DNA of 64,000 bases from Candidatus Multivoradales bacterium (GCA_965223855.1 CBDCXM010000009.1:2688001-2752000); one strand, 5' to 3'. Counted from the first letter of the stretch, positions 1 to 10,978 are shown. Notes: generated by a model not told the origin, from the sequence alone. A program made the numbers and translations.

Positions 1-81
1 CCGCGCGGCAACCTCCTGACGCGCCCGTCCGGGCCTTCCGGCGCCGCTTCGGCGCTGCCGGCCGACGGAGGAGGTCCGTGA
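1..81 (+). CDS. Probable 3' end of an upstream gene (partial, unknown product)
   Basis: Frame 1 is open from base 1 to TGA at 79-81, which overlaps the GTG start of the next gene (GTGA coupling, as between the next three genes). Confidence 0.4.
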   Translation, partial: PRGNLLTRPSGPSGAASALPADGGGP

Positions 82-2345
82 GCTGGAGGATCGCCGTCGA
101 TACCGGCGGCACCTTCACCGACTGCGTCGCCGTCGCTCCCGACGGTTCCCGGCTGCGGGCCAAGGTGCTCAGCTCGAGCACCCTTCGGGGAACCGCGCGA
201 CCGATCGCCGACCGCCGCGTGCGGCTGACGATCGATGAAGGACCCTCTGTTCGCGACTTCTTTCGCGGCGGCCTGCTCGGCGTCGCGGGGGAGGCTTCGC
301 AGCATCGGATCGTCGCCTCCGACGGTACCGAGCTGACGCTCGCGACTTCCTGGGCCCATGTCGAGGAGAGGGCGGCGGAGGTTCGCTTCGCGGAGCCGGC
401 GCCGATCCTTGCCGCCCGATGGGTTACCGCGACCGCCGGAGGCGACCGCCTGCCGCCGGTGGAGCTGCGTCTCGCAACGACGCGCGCGACCAACGCTCTG
501 CTCGAGAGACGGGGGGCGCCGGTGGCGTTCTTCGTCACCCGAGGCTTCGCCGACCTGCTGAGGATCGGCACTCAGCAGCGTCCTGATCTGTTCGCGGTGA
601 GAGTCGAGCGAGCGGCGCCTCTTCACCACGTGGTGGTCGAAGTGTCCGAGAGGCTCGCGGCCGACGGCTCCGTCCTCGAACCGGTCGATCGCGAGTCGGT
701 GCGATGCGGGGCGGAACGGGCTCGAGCGGCAGGGGCCGAGGTCGCGGCCGTGGCGCTGCTTCACGCCTATCGCAACCCCGAGCACGAGGTCGCGGTCGCC
801 GAGGCGCTCACCGCGGCGGGGTTCGAAGCGGTGTCGTTGTCGAGCCGGCTGGCGCGGCGCCCGAAGCTCGTCTCGCGTGCCGAGACGGCGGTCGCCAACG
901 CCTATCTGACCCCGGTACTCGATCGCTACGTCAGGGAGGTCGCGGCGGCCGTCGGAGAGGCGAACCTCCGCCTCATGACGAGCTCCGGTGGACTTCGTGC
1001 CGCAAGGGACTACGAACCGAGAGACAGTCTCCTCTCCGGGCCCGCTGGCGGGGTCGTCGGAGCCGCCGACGCGGCCGCGGAGATGGGGCCGCTTCTCGCC
1101 TTCGACATGGGCGGGACCTCGACCGACGTTTCGCGGATCGGTGGCACCCTGGAGTACTCCGAGGAGACGACCGTCGCAGGCGTTCGGGTGCTGGCACCGT
1201 CGCTCCCGATCGAGACGGTCGCTGCGGGCGGTGGTTCGATCTGTTCGTTCGACGGCCACCAGATGAAGGTCGGGCCCGAGAGCGCCGGGGCCGATCCGGG
1301 GCCCGCCTGCTACGGCGCCGGAGGCCCCCTGACCCTGACCGACGTCAACCTTCTGCTCGGCCGCCTCGACCCTGCGAAGTTCCCCTTTCCCCTTTCAGAA
1401 CTCGCTGCTCGTGAACGCGCCGATGAGCTCGTCACTGCCGCCGCTACAGCCTCGGGAGAGGAACTCGATTGGAGAACGGCATTGTCGGGGCTGCTCGAGA
1501 TCGCCGATGAGCGAATGGCGGAGGCGATCCGACGGGTCTCGCTACGGCGCGGCGTCTCGCCGCGAGAGCACGCGCTGGTCGCCTTCGGCGGTGCCGGTGC
1601 CCAACACGCGTGCAGCGTGGCCTCCCGGCTCGGCATCGAACGAATTCTGGTGCCGTACGAGGCGGGGGTTCTGAGTGCTTCCGGTCTCGCCGCGGCGCGG
1701 GAGGAGGCGATGGGCGAGCGTGCGGTTCTCGAGACCCTGGCCGACGTGGGGGAACGGCTCGGCGGCCTGCTGAAAGGGGCGGGCAGGGCGGCGGCCGAGC
1801 AGCTCGGGAAGGAAGATCACGAGGAGGGCGATCTCGAGCTCCGGCAGTTGGTGGAGTTGCGCTTGCTCGGACAGGAGTCGGCGCTCGTCATCGAAGGGGG
1901 GGAGGGGTGGCGACCGTCCGAGTGGGAGGCCGCGTTTCGCGCCGCCTATCGCGAGCGCTACGGCTACGACTCCGGCGACGAGGCGGTCGAGGTCGTTGCG
2001 ATCCGCGTGGTGGCGTCCCTGCCGGGATGGCAAGCCGACCCGTTCGATCTTGTCGGAGATCGCGAACCGGAAGGAGGCGAAGCGGCGCCTCGGAGGCGAG
2101 CCTGGGTAGGAGCGACGGGGATAGACGGCGACACCTCGACTCGGGAGGAGTTGGCGACCGAAACCGCCGGCGACGGTTGGCGAGAGGTCAGGTCGATGCA
2201 GTGGGATTCGCTCGGGACGGGCTGGAGCGGGCAGGGACCGCTCTTTGTCGACGGTCGCCATTCGACGGTGTTCGTCGCTTCCGGCTGGTCGTGCAGCCGG
2301 CGGCCGCGAGGCGACCTGCTGCTCGAGCGGAGGAGCTCGACGTGA
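78..2345 (+). CDS. Hydantoinase A / 5-oxoprolinase N-terminal (ATP-binding) subunit
   Basis: Family motifs DTGGTFTD, TTRATNALLER, LSGPAGG, DMGGTSTDV, VAAGGGS, GPESAGADPGPACY, AFGGAG; GGAGG upstream. Confidence 0.93.
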   Translation: MSWRIAVDTGGTFTDCVAVAPDGSRLRAKVLSSSTLRGTARPIADRRVRLTIDEGPSVRDFFRGGLLGVAGEASQHRIVASDGTELTLATSWAHVEERAAEVRFAEPAPILAARWVTATAGGDRLPPVELRLATTRATNALLERRGAPVAFFVTRGFADLLRIGTQQRPDLFAVRVERAAPLHHVVVEVSERLAADGSVLEPVDRESVRCGAERARAAGAEVAAVALLHAYRNPEHEVAVAEALTAAGFEAVSLSSRLARRPKLVSRAETAVANAYLTPVLDRYVREVAAAVGEANLRLMTSSGGLRAARDYEPRDSLLSGPAGGVVGAADAAAEMGPLLAFDMGGTSTDVSRIGGTLEYSEETTVAGVRVLAPSLPIETVAAGGGSICSFDGHQMKVGPESAGADPGPACYGAGGPLTLTDVNLLLGRLDPAKFPFPLSELAARERADELVTAAATASGEELDWRTALSGLLEIADERMAEAIRRVSLRRGVSPREHALVAFGGAGAQHACSVASRLGIERILVPYEAGVLSASGLAAAREEAMGERAVLETLADVGERLGGLLKGAGRAAAEQLGKEDHEEGDLELRQLVELRLLGQESALVIEGGEGWRPSEWEAAFRAAYRERYGYDSGDEAVEVVAIRVVASLPGWQADPFDLVGDREPEGGEAAPRRRAWVGATGIDGDTSTREELATETAGDGWREVRSMQWDSLGTGWSGQGPLFVDGRHSTVFVASGWSCSRRPRGDLLLERRSST

Positions 2346-3949
2346 CCGGGCACTCGACCATCGAACTCGAGCTCTTCACTCACCGCTTCGAGGTGCTGGC
2401 GGAACAGATGGGCGACGTCCTGCAGCGGGTCGCGATGTCGGTCAACGTCAAGGAGCGCCACGACTTCTCGTGCGCCCTGCTGGACGCCGGCGGTCGGCTG
2501 GTCGCCAACGCTCCCCACATCCCGGTCCATCTCGGCGCCCTGGGCCTCTGTGTGCGGCGGGTGGCAGCGGCACTCGATCTCGGTCCGGGAGACGTAGCGG
2601 TGACCAACCATCCCGGTTTCGGCGGCTCTCATCTGCCTGATGTCACGGTCGTCACCCCGGTGTACGGCGAGGATGGAGAAAGGCTCGGATACGTTGCCAA
2701 CCGCGCGCACCACGCCGAGATCGGCGGCGTGCGGCCGGGCTCGATGCCGCCGGCCGCACGGACCCTGGCGGAAGAGGGGGTGGTGCTCCCGCCGCTTCAT
2801 CTCGTCAGGGCCGGGGAGTCCCGCTTCAGCGACATCGAACGGCTCCTGACCACGGCCCCGTACCCGAGCCGCAGCGTGCGCGAGAATCTGGCGGACCTCG
2901 AAGCCGCCGTGGCCGCCAATCGCAAGGGCGAGCTGCGCCTGCTGGAACTGGCTTCGGAGCATGGAGCCGATCAGGTCGCTAGGCGGATGCACGACCTCGC
3001 GGCCACGGCGGCGGCGCGGATGACCGAGGCGCTGGCGGCTCTCCCGGACGGCGAGTTCCGGGCTCGCGAGGCCCTCGACGACGGCACGCCGCTCGAGGTG
3101 AGGCTGGAGCTCCATGGCGGCAGGGCGACGATCGACTTCACCGGCACCGGCGCGGTGCATCCAGGCAACCTCAATGCGACCCCGGCGATCGTCTCGAGCG
3201 TGGTCCTCTACGTCCTGCGGCTGCTGCTCGACCGTCCCCTGCCGCTCAACGAGGGCCTGCTCGAGCCGGTCGAGCTGCTGCTGCCCGAGTGCCTGCTCAA
3301 CCCGCGCTTCGACGAGGATCCCGGTCGCTGCCCGGCGGTCGTCGGCGGCAACGTCGAGACCAGCCAGCGACTGGTCGACACGCTGCTCGCGGCGCTCGGG
3401 ATCTGCGCTGCGAGTCAGGGTACGATGAACAACGTCCTCTTCGGCACGTCGGAACGCGCCTCGCGGGGAGGCGGGCGCGGCGCCGGCTTCGGCTACTACG
3501 AGACTCTGTGCGGCGGCAGTGGCGCCGGCCCCGGCTGGGACGGTGAGAGTGCCGTGCACACGCACATGACGAACACCGCGATCACCGATCCCGAGAGTCT
3601 CGAGCTCCGCTATCCGGTGCGGCTCGAGGCGTTCGGAATCCGGAGGGGATCAGGTGGCGCCGGCCGGTGGCGCGGCGGCGACGGTGTTCGCCGCCGGTTC
3701 CTGTTCCTCGAGCCGCTCGAGGTTTCGATCCTCAGCCAGCGGCGGGAGAGCGGCCCCTACGGTGGTGCCGGTGGAGAGGCGGGCAGCCCGGGGGCGCAAC
3801 GCTGCCTGCGAGCCGACGGCACCGTAGAGGAGCTCGGCGGTGTCGTAGCGATCGATGTCGAACCGGGAGATCGGTTGGAGATCGAGACGCCGGGCGGGGG
3901 CGGGTGGGGAAGCGCAGCTTCCGAAGTAGCCGTAGAGGAAGACGAGTGA
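2342..3949 (+). CDS. Hydantoinase B / 5-oxoprolinase C-terminal subunit
   Basis: [57 protein letters not shown]. Start placed at GTG 2342 (AGGAG upstream, GTGA overlap) rather than ORF-track 1610. Confidence 0.92.
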   Translation: MTGHSTIELELFTHRFEVLAEQMGDVLQRVAMSVNVKERHDFSCALLDAGGRLVANAPHIPVHLGALGLCVRRVAAALDLGPGDVAVTNHPGFGGSHLPDVTVVTPVYGEDGERLGYVANRAHHAEIGGVRPGSMPPAARTLAEEGVVLPPLHLVRAGESRFSDIERLLTTAPYPSRSVRENLADLEAAVAANRKGELRLLELASEHGADQVARRMHDLAATAAARMTEALAALPDGEFRAREALDDGTPLEVRLELHGGRATIDFTGTGAVHPGNLNATPAIVSSVVLYVLRLLLDRPLPLNEGLLEPVELLLPECLLNPRFDEDPGRCPAVVGGNVETSQRLVDTLLAALGICAASQGTMNNVLFGTSERASRGGGRGAGFGYYETLCGGSGAGPGWDGESAVHTHMTNTAITDPESLELRYPVRLEAFGIRRGSGGAGRWRGGDGVRRRFLFLEPLEVSILSQRRESGPYGGAGGEAGSPGAQRCLRADGTVEELGGVVAIDVEPGDRLEIETPGGGGWGSAASEVAVEEDE

Positions 3950-5250
3950 GCCGACTCGGTGCGGTGCTCCTATGGTCGGTGCTGGCCGCGGCCTTCATCG
4001 GGCCCGGCACGGTGACGACGGCGGCGAGCGCCGGTGCCTCGCACGGGTTGGCGCTTCTGTGGGCGCTGTCGTTCTCGGTCCTCGCCTGCCTCGTCCTGCA
4101 GGAGGCGGCCGCCAGGTTGGCGATCTCCGGAGGCGAGAATCTCGCCGAGGCGATCTCGGGGCGCTATCCCGCCGGCGCAGCCAGGTTGGCCGTCTGGGTT
4201 CTGGTCGTCGGCGGGGTCATCGTCGGCTGCGCCGCCTACGAGGCGGGGAATCTGCTCGGCGCCGTGGCAGGGGTCGATCTGCTCGGCCTCGAGACCGCTC
4301 CCGGAGCCGGTGTGGCAGCCGCTCTCCTCGGCGGGGTCGCCGCGTTGTTGCTCTGGTTCCGGCCGCCGGAAGCGGTCGCACGGACTCTTGCCCTGCTCGT
4401 TGGAGTGATGGGAGTCGCCTTCCTCTGGTGCGCCGTTTCGTTGAACCCTGTCCCGGGCGACCTCCTCGCCGGTCTGTTGCGGCCCCGGCTGCCGGAGGGC
4501 AGCTCTCTCCTGGCACTCGGCCTCGTCGGTACGACCGTCGTGCCCTACAACCTTTTCCTCGGCTCGGGGCTCGCTCGCGGCCGCCTCGCGGAGACGCGTT
4601 TCGGCATTGCAGTGGCGGTCCTCCTCGGCGGTGCGATCTCGATGGCGGTGGTGGTGGTGGGGACGGCCATGGCCGCGCCGATGACCTTCCATGGGTTGAG
4701 CGAGGTGCTCGGCGAACGACTCGGCCCCTGGGCTCAGGGACTTCTCGGTGGAGGACTCCTGGCGGCCGGCCTGTCGTCCGCAATCACGGCGCCGCTGGCC
4801 GCCGCGCTGACGGCGCGCGGCCTGGTCGGGGGCGAGGGGACGGGGGAGTGGAGCCGCAAGGGATGGAAGTATCGCTGTGTCTGGGGCGGCGTTCTCCTCA
4901 CGGGCGTCGCCGTCGCGGCCAGCGGAGTGCGGCCGATCCCGGTGATCATCCTCGCGCAGGCTCTCAACGGCATGCTGCTGCCGGCGGTAGCGATCTTCCT
5001 GTGGGTCGCCGTCAATGACCGGCGGCGGCTCGGCTCGCGCGCGATCAACGGTCGCTGGTCCAACTTGCTGACGTCGCTGGTGGTGCTGGTGAGCCTCGTG
5101 CTCGGACTGCTGGGCCTGATGCGCGCGGTGGTCGCGGCCACCGGCTTGCCTGCGCTGCCGGAAGGGAGGCTGCTCGCCCTGGCGGCACTGTTCGCCGCGC
5201 TGCTCGCCCTGCCGATCGTGAGAGCGATCCGCCGGGCGCGCCGGCCGTGA
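3946..5250 (+). CDS. NRAMP-superfamily transporter, non-canonical (GPG instead of DPGN)
   Basis: About 11 hydrophobic segments; AAFIGPGTVTTA, LQEAAARL, AYEAGN, GTTVVPYNLFL, AQALNG; GTG start overlaps previous stop. Confidence 0.85.
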   Translation: MSRLGAVLLWSVLAAAFIGPGTVTTAASAGASHGLALLWALSFSVLACLVLQEAAARLAISGGENLAEAISGRYPAGAARLAVWVLVVGGVIVGCAAYEAGNLLGAVAGVDLLGLETAPGAGVAAALLGGVAALLLWFRPPEAVARTLALLVGVMGVAFLWCAVSLNPVPGDLLAGLLRPRLPEGSSLLALGLVGTTVVPYNLFLGSGLARGRLAETRFGIAVAVLLGGAISMAVVVVGTAMAAPMTFHGLSEVLGERLGPWAQGLLGGGLLAAGLSSAITAPLAAALTARGLVGGEGTGEWSRKGWKYRCVWGGVLLTGVAVAASGVRPIPVIILAQALNGMLLPAVAIFLWVAVNDRRRLGSRAINGRWSNLLTSLVVLVSLVLGLLGLMRAVVAATGLPALPEGRLLALAALFAALLALPIVRAIRRARRP

Positions 5251-5335
5251 GGCAGCGGACGGAGCAGGCTAGAATCGCCTTGGCTGACTTTCGATGCTCG
5301 AAGCGGGTGCAGAAACCCGGAGGGGGTTTGAACTG

Positions 5336-6799
5336 ATGCGATTCCACACTTCCCGCGCCGCAGCGGCGGCGCTCTCGACGGCGCTGCTCGTGACCTTCCT
5401 GCCGGGCTGCTCGGTGAATCCTGCGACCGGCAAGCAGCAGATCAACCTGATCTCTGAGGAGCGGGCGATCGCCATGGGCCGCGAGGCGGACGAGCAGATC
5501 GTCCAGCAGTTCGGTCTCTATCCCAGCGACGAGCTGCAGAGCTACATGCAGGAGCTCGGCAGTGAACTCGCTGCGCGCTCCGAACGACCCCATCTCCCGT
5601 GGACCTTCCGGGTGCTCGACGACCCGCTGGTCAACGCGTTCGCGCTTCCGGGGGGCTTCGTCTACGTCACCCGCGGCATCATGGCTCACCTCGAGTCGGA
5701 GGCGGAGCTGGTCGGCATCCTCGGGCACGAGATCGGGCACATCACTGCGCGTCACGGCGTCAACCGACTCAGCAAGCAGCAGCTGGCCGGAATCGGTCTC
5801 GGCATCGGCATGATCGTCAGCCCGGAGCTGCGCTCGGTGGGAGACCTCGCGCAGTCGGGTCTCGGTCTCCTGTTCCTCAAGTACTCGCGCGACGACGAGC
5901 GACAGTCCGACGACCTGGGCCTGCGCTACGCCCTGCGCTCCGGTTACGACCCGCGAGAGATCCCCGCGGTCTTCGACCTGCTGCAGCGGGTCAGCCAGGC
6001 TTCCGGCGGCGGCCGGGTCCCGGGCTGGCTGGCGACCCATCCCGACCCCGGGCAGCGGCGCGAGAGGATGGCGGCGCAGGTCGCCCAACTCGACGTCGAT
6101 CTCTCGGAGACGAAGGTCGAGCGGCTCTCCTACCAGCGGCGCCTCGACGGCATGGTGTTCGGCGAGAACCCCCGCGAGGGCTACTTCGAGGACGACACCT
6201 TCTATCACCCCGATCTCGCCTTCTCGCTCGACTTCCCGAGCGGCTGGCAGCGTCAGAACCAGAAGCAGGCGGTGATCGCGGTGAGCGAGGAGAAGGACGC
6301 CATGCTTCAGATGACCCTGGTGGAGGAGACGGAACCCTCGGCGGCGGCGCGTGAGCTGGTGTCGGAGGACGGAATCCGCTCCGGTCCGGTGGAGCGCAGT
6401 CGGATCGGCGGTCATCCGGCGGCCACGGTCGTCTTCGAGATCGAGCGCGAGCAGTCGAGCGACCTCGGTGGTCGTGCGACCTTCATTCGCTACGGAGATC
6501 GGACCTACCGGATCCTCGGCCTCACGATGAAGGAGAAGTACAACGGCTACCGCCGGGCGATCGAGGGGAGTCAGTCGAGCTTCCGCAAGGTGACCGATCG
6601 CAAGGTGCTCGACGTCCAGCCGCGACGCCTGAGCATGGTCGACATCGAGAGGGGACTGACCCTCGAGGAGTTCGAGCGCAGCTTCCCGTCGACGGTGCCG
6701 CTCGCCACCCTCGGCCTGCTCAACCGACCCGGGCCGGACGGGCGGCTCGACCCGTCGGTGCTCGCCAAGCGGGTGCTCGGCGGCCCTGACTCACGCTAG
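5336..6799 (+). CDS. M48 family zinc metalloprotease (BepA/YfgC-like lipoprotein)
   Basis: Lipobox LPGC; NAFALPGG, HEIGH zinc motif, YSRDDERQSD, THPDP. Confidence 0.9.
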   Translation: MRFHTSRAAAAALSTALLVTFLPGCSVNPATGKQQINLISEERAIAMGREADEQIVQQFGLYPSDELQSYMQELGSELAARSERPHLPWTFRVLDDPLVNAFALPGGFVYVTRGIMAHLESEAELVGILGHEIGHITARHGVNRLSKQQLAGIGLGIGMIVSPELRSVGDLAQSGLGLLFLKYSRDDERQSDDLGLRYALRSGYDPREIPAVFDLLQRVSQASGGGRVPGWLATHPDPGQRRERMAAQVAQLDVDLSETKVERLSYQRRLDGMVFGENPREGYFEDDTFYHPDLAFSLDFPSGWQRQNQKQAVIAVSEEKDAMLQMTLVEETEPSAAARELVSEDGIRSGPVERSRIGGHPAATVVFEIEREQSSDLGGRATFIRYGDRTYRILGLTMKEKYNGYRRAIEGSQSSFRKVTDRKVLDVQPRRLSMVDIERGLTLEEFERSFPSTVPLATLGLLNRPGPDGRLDPSVLAKRVLGGPDSR

Positions 6800-6823
6800 C
6801 CCGGCGTGAGAAGTCCGGGCTAG
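6796..6823. repeat. Collapsed 28-bp remnant of the palindromic repeat found at 36261 and 51889
   Basis: CTAGCCCGGCGTGAGAAGTCCGGGCTAG; its right part matches the element right end CCGGCGTGAGAAGTTTAGGCTAG; CTAG ends; includes the M48 gene stop codon. Confidence 0.7.
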
Positions 6824-6826
6824 CTC

Positions 6827-7393
6827 TCAGCCGCTGCGGCGGAAGCAGGTCTCGGCGTGGTCGTCGACCATGCCGACCGCTTGCATGTAGGCGTAGAGAA
6901 TCGTCGGCCCGACGAAGTTGAAGCCGCGCTGCTTGAGGTCCTTCGAGAACGCCCGCGATTCCTCGGTCTCGGTCGGGATGTCGCGCCAGGTGCGGTACGG
7001 CCCCCCTCTGAGCGGCTCGCCGCCGACGAACCCCCAGGCGTAGTCCGAGAAGCTTCCAAATTCCTCCTGCACGGCGAGGAAGCACCTGGCGTTGCGGATC
7101 GTCGACTCGATCTTGGCGCGATTGCGGATGATCCGCTCGTCCCGCATCAGGCGCTCGACGCTGCGCCGGTTGTAGCGTGCCACGGTCTCGACGTCGAAAC
7201 CGTGGAACGCCTTGCGGTAGCCCTCACGGCGCTTGAGGATCGTCAGCCACGAGAGCCCGGCCTGCGCCCCCTCGAGGATCAGGTGCTCGAACAGATGGCG
7301 GTCGTCGTAGGACGGAACTCCCCATTCTTCGTCGTGGTAGGCGAGGTAGAGCGGATGCTCGCCCACCCAGTCGCAGCGCGTCACGTCGTTCAC
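6827..7393 (-). CDS. tag: DNA-3-methyladenine glycosylase I
   Basis: RCDW, YHDEEWG, LEGAQAGLSW, IIRNRAKI, FVGPTILYAYMQAVGMVDDH..C; start approximate (GTG 7393 or 7405). Confidence 0.95.
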   Translation of the reverse strand: MNDVTRCDWVGEHPLYLAYHDEEWGVPSYDDRHLFEHLILEGAQAGLSWLTILKRREGYRKAFHGFDVETVARYNRRSVERLMRDERIIRNRAKIESTIRNARCFLAVQEEFGSFSDYAWGFVGGEPLRGGPYRTWRDIPTETEESRAFSKDLKQRGFNFVGPTILYAYMQAVGMVDDHAETCFRRSG

Positions 7394-7413
7394 GTCAATG
7401 GACACTAGCGCAT

Positions 7414-8502
7414 CTAGCGGACCCTGCGTCGACGGTTCTTGAGGTAGTCGGCGAGGATGAACTCGCCGAGGTTGTGCGGCGAGGCGAAGTAGGCGCGGCC
7501 GCGGTTGATCCGGGTGAGTTTCTCGACGAAGTTCGTCAGCGTCGGGTCGGTCGCCAGCATGAAGGTCGTGATGACGACTCCCTGACGGCGGCACAGATCG
7601 ACCTCTTCGAGCGTCTTGTTGACGATCTTGAGGTCGAGGCCGAACGGGTTCTTGTAGACCGAGTTCCCCTCCGTGATCGCCGACGGCTTGCCGTCGGTGA
7701 CGAGGAAGATCTGCTTGTTCGGCTGCTTGCGTCGCGCCAGCATCGAGCGCGCCATCTGCAGGCCTTCACGGGTGTTGGTGTGGTACGGACCCGCCTCGAT
7801 GTAGGGGAGGTCCGAGAGCTCGACCCGCTCGGCGCGGTCGCCGAAGAGCAGCACCCCCAGGTAGTCCTTCGGATATCTGGTCGTAATGAGCTCGGTCATC
7901 GCCAGAGCGACCTTCTTGGCGGGCGTGATGCGATCCTCGCCGTAGAGGATCATCGAATGGCTGATGTCGATCGCGACCACGGTGGCGCAGGCGGTCAGAT
8001 GCTCGGTCTCGTAGACCTCGAGATCCTGCGGTGCGAGCTCGAGGTCCCCCTTGGTGCGCCGCAGGGCGTTGCGGATCGACTGCACGGTGTCGATGCGGTG
8101 GAGGTCGTCGCCGAACTCCCACGCTCGCGTCTCCGGCAGCCGTTCGACCCCCTCGCCGTGACCGCGAGTGGGGTGATAGCCGGCGGCCCCCTTCGACAGC
8201 GAGGTGAAGATCTCCTCGAAGGCGGAGCGGCGCAACCGGCGTTCGCCGATACCGGTCAGAGTGACCTGTCCCTCACCGTCGCGGCCGAGCACCTGCTGGC
8301 GTTCCAGCTCGTCGAAGAACGCGTCGAGATCGATGTCGGGGGAGAGGTATCCCCGCTCCTGGAGCTCCCGCATCCACTGCATCGCCTGCTCGGCGTCGCC
8401 GCCCGAGGCGAGCAGGAGTTCGTTGAAGAGCTTCGACAGGTCGAGCTCGGCGAGCAGGCGCTCGAGCAGCGACGGGTCGAGATGGGAGTAGCGGTGGCGC
8501 AC
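7414..8502 (-). CDS. VWA domain protein (partner of adjacent AAA ATPase)
   Basis: MIDAS DISHSM, HTNT, VTDGKP. Confidence 0.9.
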   Translation of the reverse strand: MRHRYSHLDPSLLERLLAELDLSKLFNELLLASGGDAEQAMQWMRELQERGYLSPDIDLDAFFDELERQQVLGRDGEGQVTLTGIGERRLRRSAFEEIFTSLSKGAAGYHPTRGHGEGVERLPETRAWEFGDDLHRIDTVQSIRNALRRTKGDLELAPQDLEVYETEHLTACATVVAIDISHSMILYGEDRITPAKKVALAMTELITTRYPKDYLGVLLFGDRAERVELSDLPYIEAGPYHTNTREGLQMARSMLARRKQPNKQIFLVTDGKPSAITEGNSVYKNPFGLDLKIVNKTLEEVDLCRRQGVVITTFMLATDPTLTNFVEKLTRINRGRAYFASPHNLGEFILADYLKNRRRRVR

Positions 8503-8549
8503 GGTTCAGCCGGAGAGCGTGGTCGGCGGTTTCAGGTGGGGAGGGCCGG

Positions 8550-10034
8550 TCAGTTGAAGGCGTCCTCTTCGTCTCCCAGATGCGGTCGCAGCAGCTGGAA
8601 CTTGACGACCTCCCTGTAGGTGATCGAGCTGTCGAGATCCTCGCGGGTGAGCTTGAGGTGCTGATGGAGCCCCTCGAGGATCATCTCCGCGGCCAGTGCC
8701 CGCGCCGCCTCCGAGTCGCCGTAGTCGGCCGCCAGCTCCATCAGGGACGGTACCTTCGCGAGCTCTTCGCGATAAGCGTCGAAGGACTGCTCGTCGTCGA
8801 GCTCGATCGAATGGCCGTCGGCGAACCAGGCGACGATCGCGGCGTACGGGCCGTCGTCGTCCTCGCCGCCGCTGCCGACCTCGCGACCCACCTCGGGGAA
8901 GGTGTCGTCGAACACCTTGCGCACCGCGCCACCGAGGATCTGTCGCGCCACCACCTCGACCCCCTGCTGTTCCCCCTCGTAGACCATCTCCAGCTTCCCG
9001 GTCAGCGCCGGGAGCAGCATCGCCAGGTCGCAGATCCGCGGGTAGGCGTCGTCGTCTCCGTGCGCCAGGGCACGTCGTTCGAGGTTGGAGTAGAGGAGCT
9101 CGAGGGCCGAGATCGGCATGCGAGCGCTGACGCCGGAAGTCTGATCGACCAGCTCGCTCTCTCGCGCCAGGAAGGCGACCTCCTCGACGATCCTCCGGTA
9201 CGAAGGGGGCAGGGCGAACTTCCGGTCCGCCCCCTTCTCGGCCTCCTGGTCGGTGATCTGGCGGCTGGTCTCGAGGTCACGCGGGTAGTGGGTGAGGATC
9301 TGCGACGAGATACGGTCCTTGAGCGGGGTGATGATCGAGCCGCGGTTCGTGTAGTCCTCCGGGTTGGCCGAGAAGACCATCAGCAGGTCGAGCGGCATCC
9401 GAACCGTGAAGCCCCGGATCTGGAGATCCCTCTCTTCGAGCAGGTTGAGCAGGCCGACCTGGATACGAGGCGCCAGGTCCGGCAGCTCGTTGATCGCGAA
9501 AATGCCGCGATTGGAGCGCGGGATCAGCCCGAAGTGGATGACCTCCGGGTCGGCGTAGGTGAGCTTGCGGGTCGCCGCCTTGATCGGATCGATGTCGCCG
9601 AGAAGATCGGCGATCGAGACGTCCGGTGTCGCCAGCTTCTCGTGGTACCGCTCCCCGGGCGAGAGCCAGTCGATCGGCGCGTCGTCGCCCGCCTCGGCCA
9701 CCAGATGGCGACCCCGGGTCGACTCGGGGGCGAGAGGATCGTCGTTGATCTCGCTGCCGGCCAGCACCGGCAGCTCGTCGTCGAGGAGTGTCGTCAGCTG
9801 TCGCAGCAGCCGCGTCTTCGCCTGCCCCCGCAGCCCGAGCAGGATGAAGTCGTGCCTTGCCAGCAGCGCATTGACGACCGCCGGGATCACGGTCCGCTCG
9901 TAGCCGAGGATGCCGGGGAAGAGGGGCGTGCCGTCGGCGAGCCGGCGCCGCAGATTCGCGCGGATCTCGTCCTTGACCGGACGCGACCGGTAGCCGCTCT
10001 CTCTGAGCGCTCCGAGGGTCGTCGCGCGGGTCAA
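8550..10034 (-). CDS. Mg-chelatase-like AAA+ ATPase
   Basis: Walker A-like [34 protein letters not shown]. Confidence 0.88.
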   Translation of the reverse strand: MTRATTLGALRESGYRSRPVKDEIRANLRRRLADGTPLFPGILGYERTVIPAVVNALLARHDFILLGLRGQAKTRLLRQLTTLLDDELPVLAGSEINDDPLAPESTRGRHLVAEAGDDAPIDWLSPGERYHEKLATPDVSIADLLGDIDPIKAATRKLTYADPEVIHFGLIPRSNRGIFAINELPDLAPRIQVGLLNLLEERDLQIRGFTVRMPLDLLMVFSANPEDYTNRGSIITPLKDRISSQILTHYPRDLETSRQITDQEAEKGADRKFALPPSYRRIVEEVAFLARESELVDQTSGVSARMPISALELLYSNLERRALAHGDDDAYPRICDLAMLLPALTGKLEMVYEGEQQGVEVVARQILGGAVRKVFDDTFPEVGREVGSGGEDDDGPYAAIVAWFADGHSIELDDEQSFDAYREELAKVPSLMELAADYGDSEAARALAAEMILEGLHQHLKLTREDLDSSITYREVVKFQLLRPHLGDEEDAFN

Positions 10035-10978
10035 CTCCTTGCCTCGAGGAAGCGCTCGGCGTCGATCGCGGCGCGGCAGCCGGTGCCGGCCGCGGTGACA
10101 GCCTGGCGGTACGACGGATCGGCGACGTCGCCGGCGGCGAACACTCCCTCCACGCTCGTGGCGGTCGACGGCTCGCGGACCACGGCATAGCCCTGAGCGT
10201 CGAGGTCGATCTGGCCGTCGAGGAAGGCGGTGTTGGGGATGTGGCCGATGGCGACGAAGACGCCGTTGGTCGCGTACTCGCTGACCTCTCCGCTCTGGGT
10301 GTCCTCGAGGCGTACCGCGTGTACGCCGTCCTCACGGCTTCCGAGCACCTCCCGCACCGTCTTGTTCCACTGCCACTCGATCTTGTCGTTGGCCATCGCC
10401 CTGTCCTGGAGGATCTTCGACGCTCGCAGCTCGTCGCGGCGGTGGATCACCGTCACCTTGTCCGCATGCTTGGTCAGGTAGATCGCCTCCTCCAGGGCAC
10501 TGTCGCCACCGCCTACGATCACCACCTCCTTGCCGCGGAAGAAGAAGCCGTCGCAGGTGGCACAGGTCGAAACCCCGTACCCCATGAGCTCCTCTTCCGA
10601 CGGGAGACCGAGCAGCCGCGCCGAGGCGCCGGTGGCCAGAATCAGACTGTCGGCGGTGTAGGTCGCGCCGTCCTCGCCGGTCACGCGGAACGGTCGGCTC
10701 GAAAGGTCGACCGTCGTCGCCTCTTCGAAGCGCACGTCCGCGCCGAAGCGCTGCGCCTGCTTGCGCAGCACGTCCATCAGCTCCGGGCCGAGGATGCCGT
10801 CGACGAAGCCCGGGTAGTTCTCGACGTCGGTGGTGATGGTGAGCTGGCCACCCGGCTGGTTGCCCTCGAGAACCAACGGCTCGAGGTTCGCGCGCGCGGC
10901 ATAGAGCGCCGCCGTGAGGCCGGCGGGCCCCGAGCCGAGAATCAGGACCTCACGGTGCTGGGGAGTGTCGTTCGTCAT
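10031..10978 (-). CDS. trxB: Thioredoxin reductase
   Basis: GSGPAG, GGQL, CATC redox motif, [27 protein letters not shown]. Confidence 0.98.
   Translation of the reverse strand: MTNDTPQHREVLILGSGPAGLTAALYAARANLEPLVLEGNQPGGQLTITTDVENYPGFVDGILGPELMDVLRKQAQRFGADVRFEEATTVDLSSRPFRVTGEDGATYTADSLILATGASARLLGLPSEEELMGYGVSTCATCDGFFFRGKEVVIVGGGDSALEEAIYLTKHADKVTVIHRRDELRASKILQDRAMANDKIEWQWNKTVREVLGSREDGVHAVRLEDTQSGEVSEYATNGVFVAIGHIPNTAFLDGQIDLDAQGYAVVREPSTATSVEGVFAAGDVADPSYRQAVTAAGTGCRAAIDAERFLEARS

Noticed and set aside
1610-2345. Possible frameshift splitting a fused oxoprolinase
   Set aside because: The second gene has its own AGGAG RBS and GTGA overlap, consistent with a genuine two-subunit arrangement.
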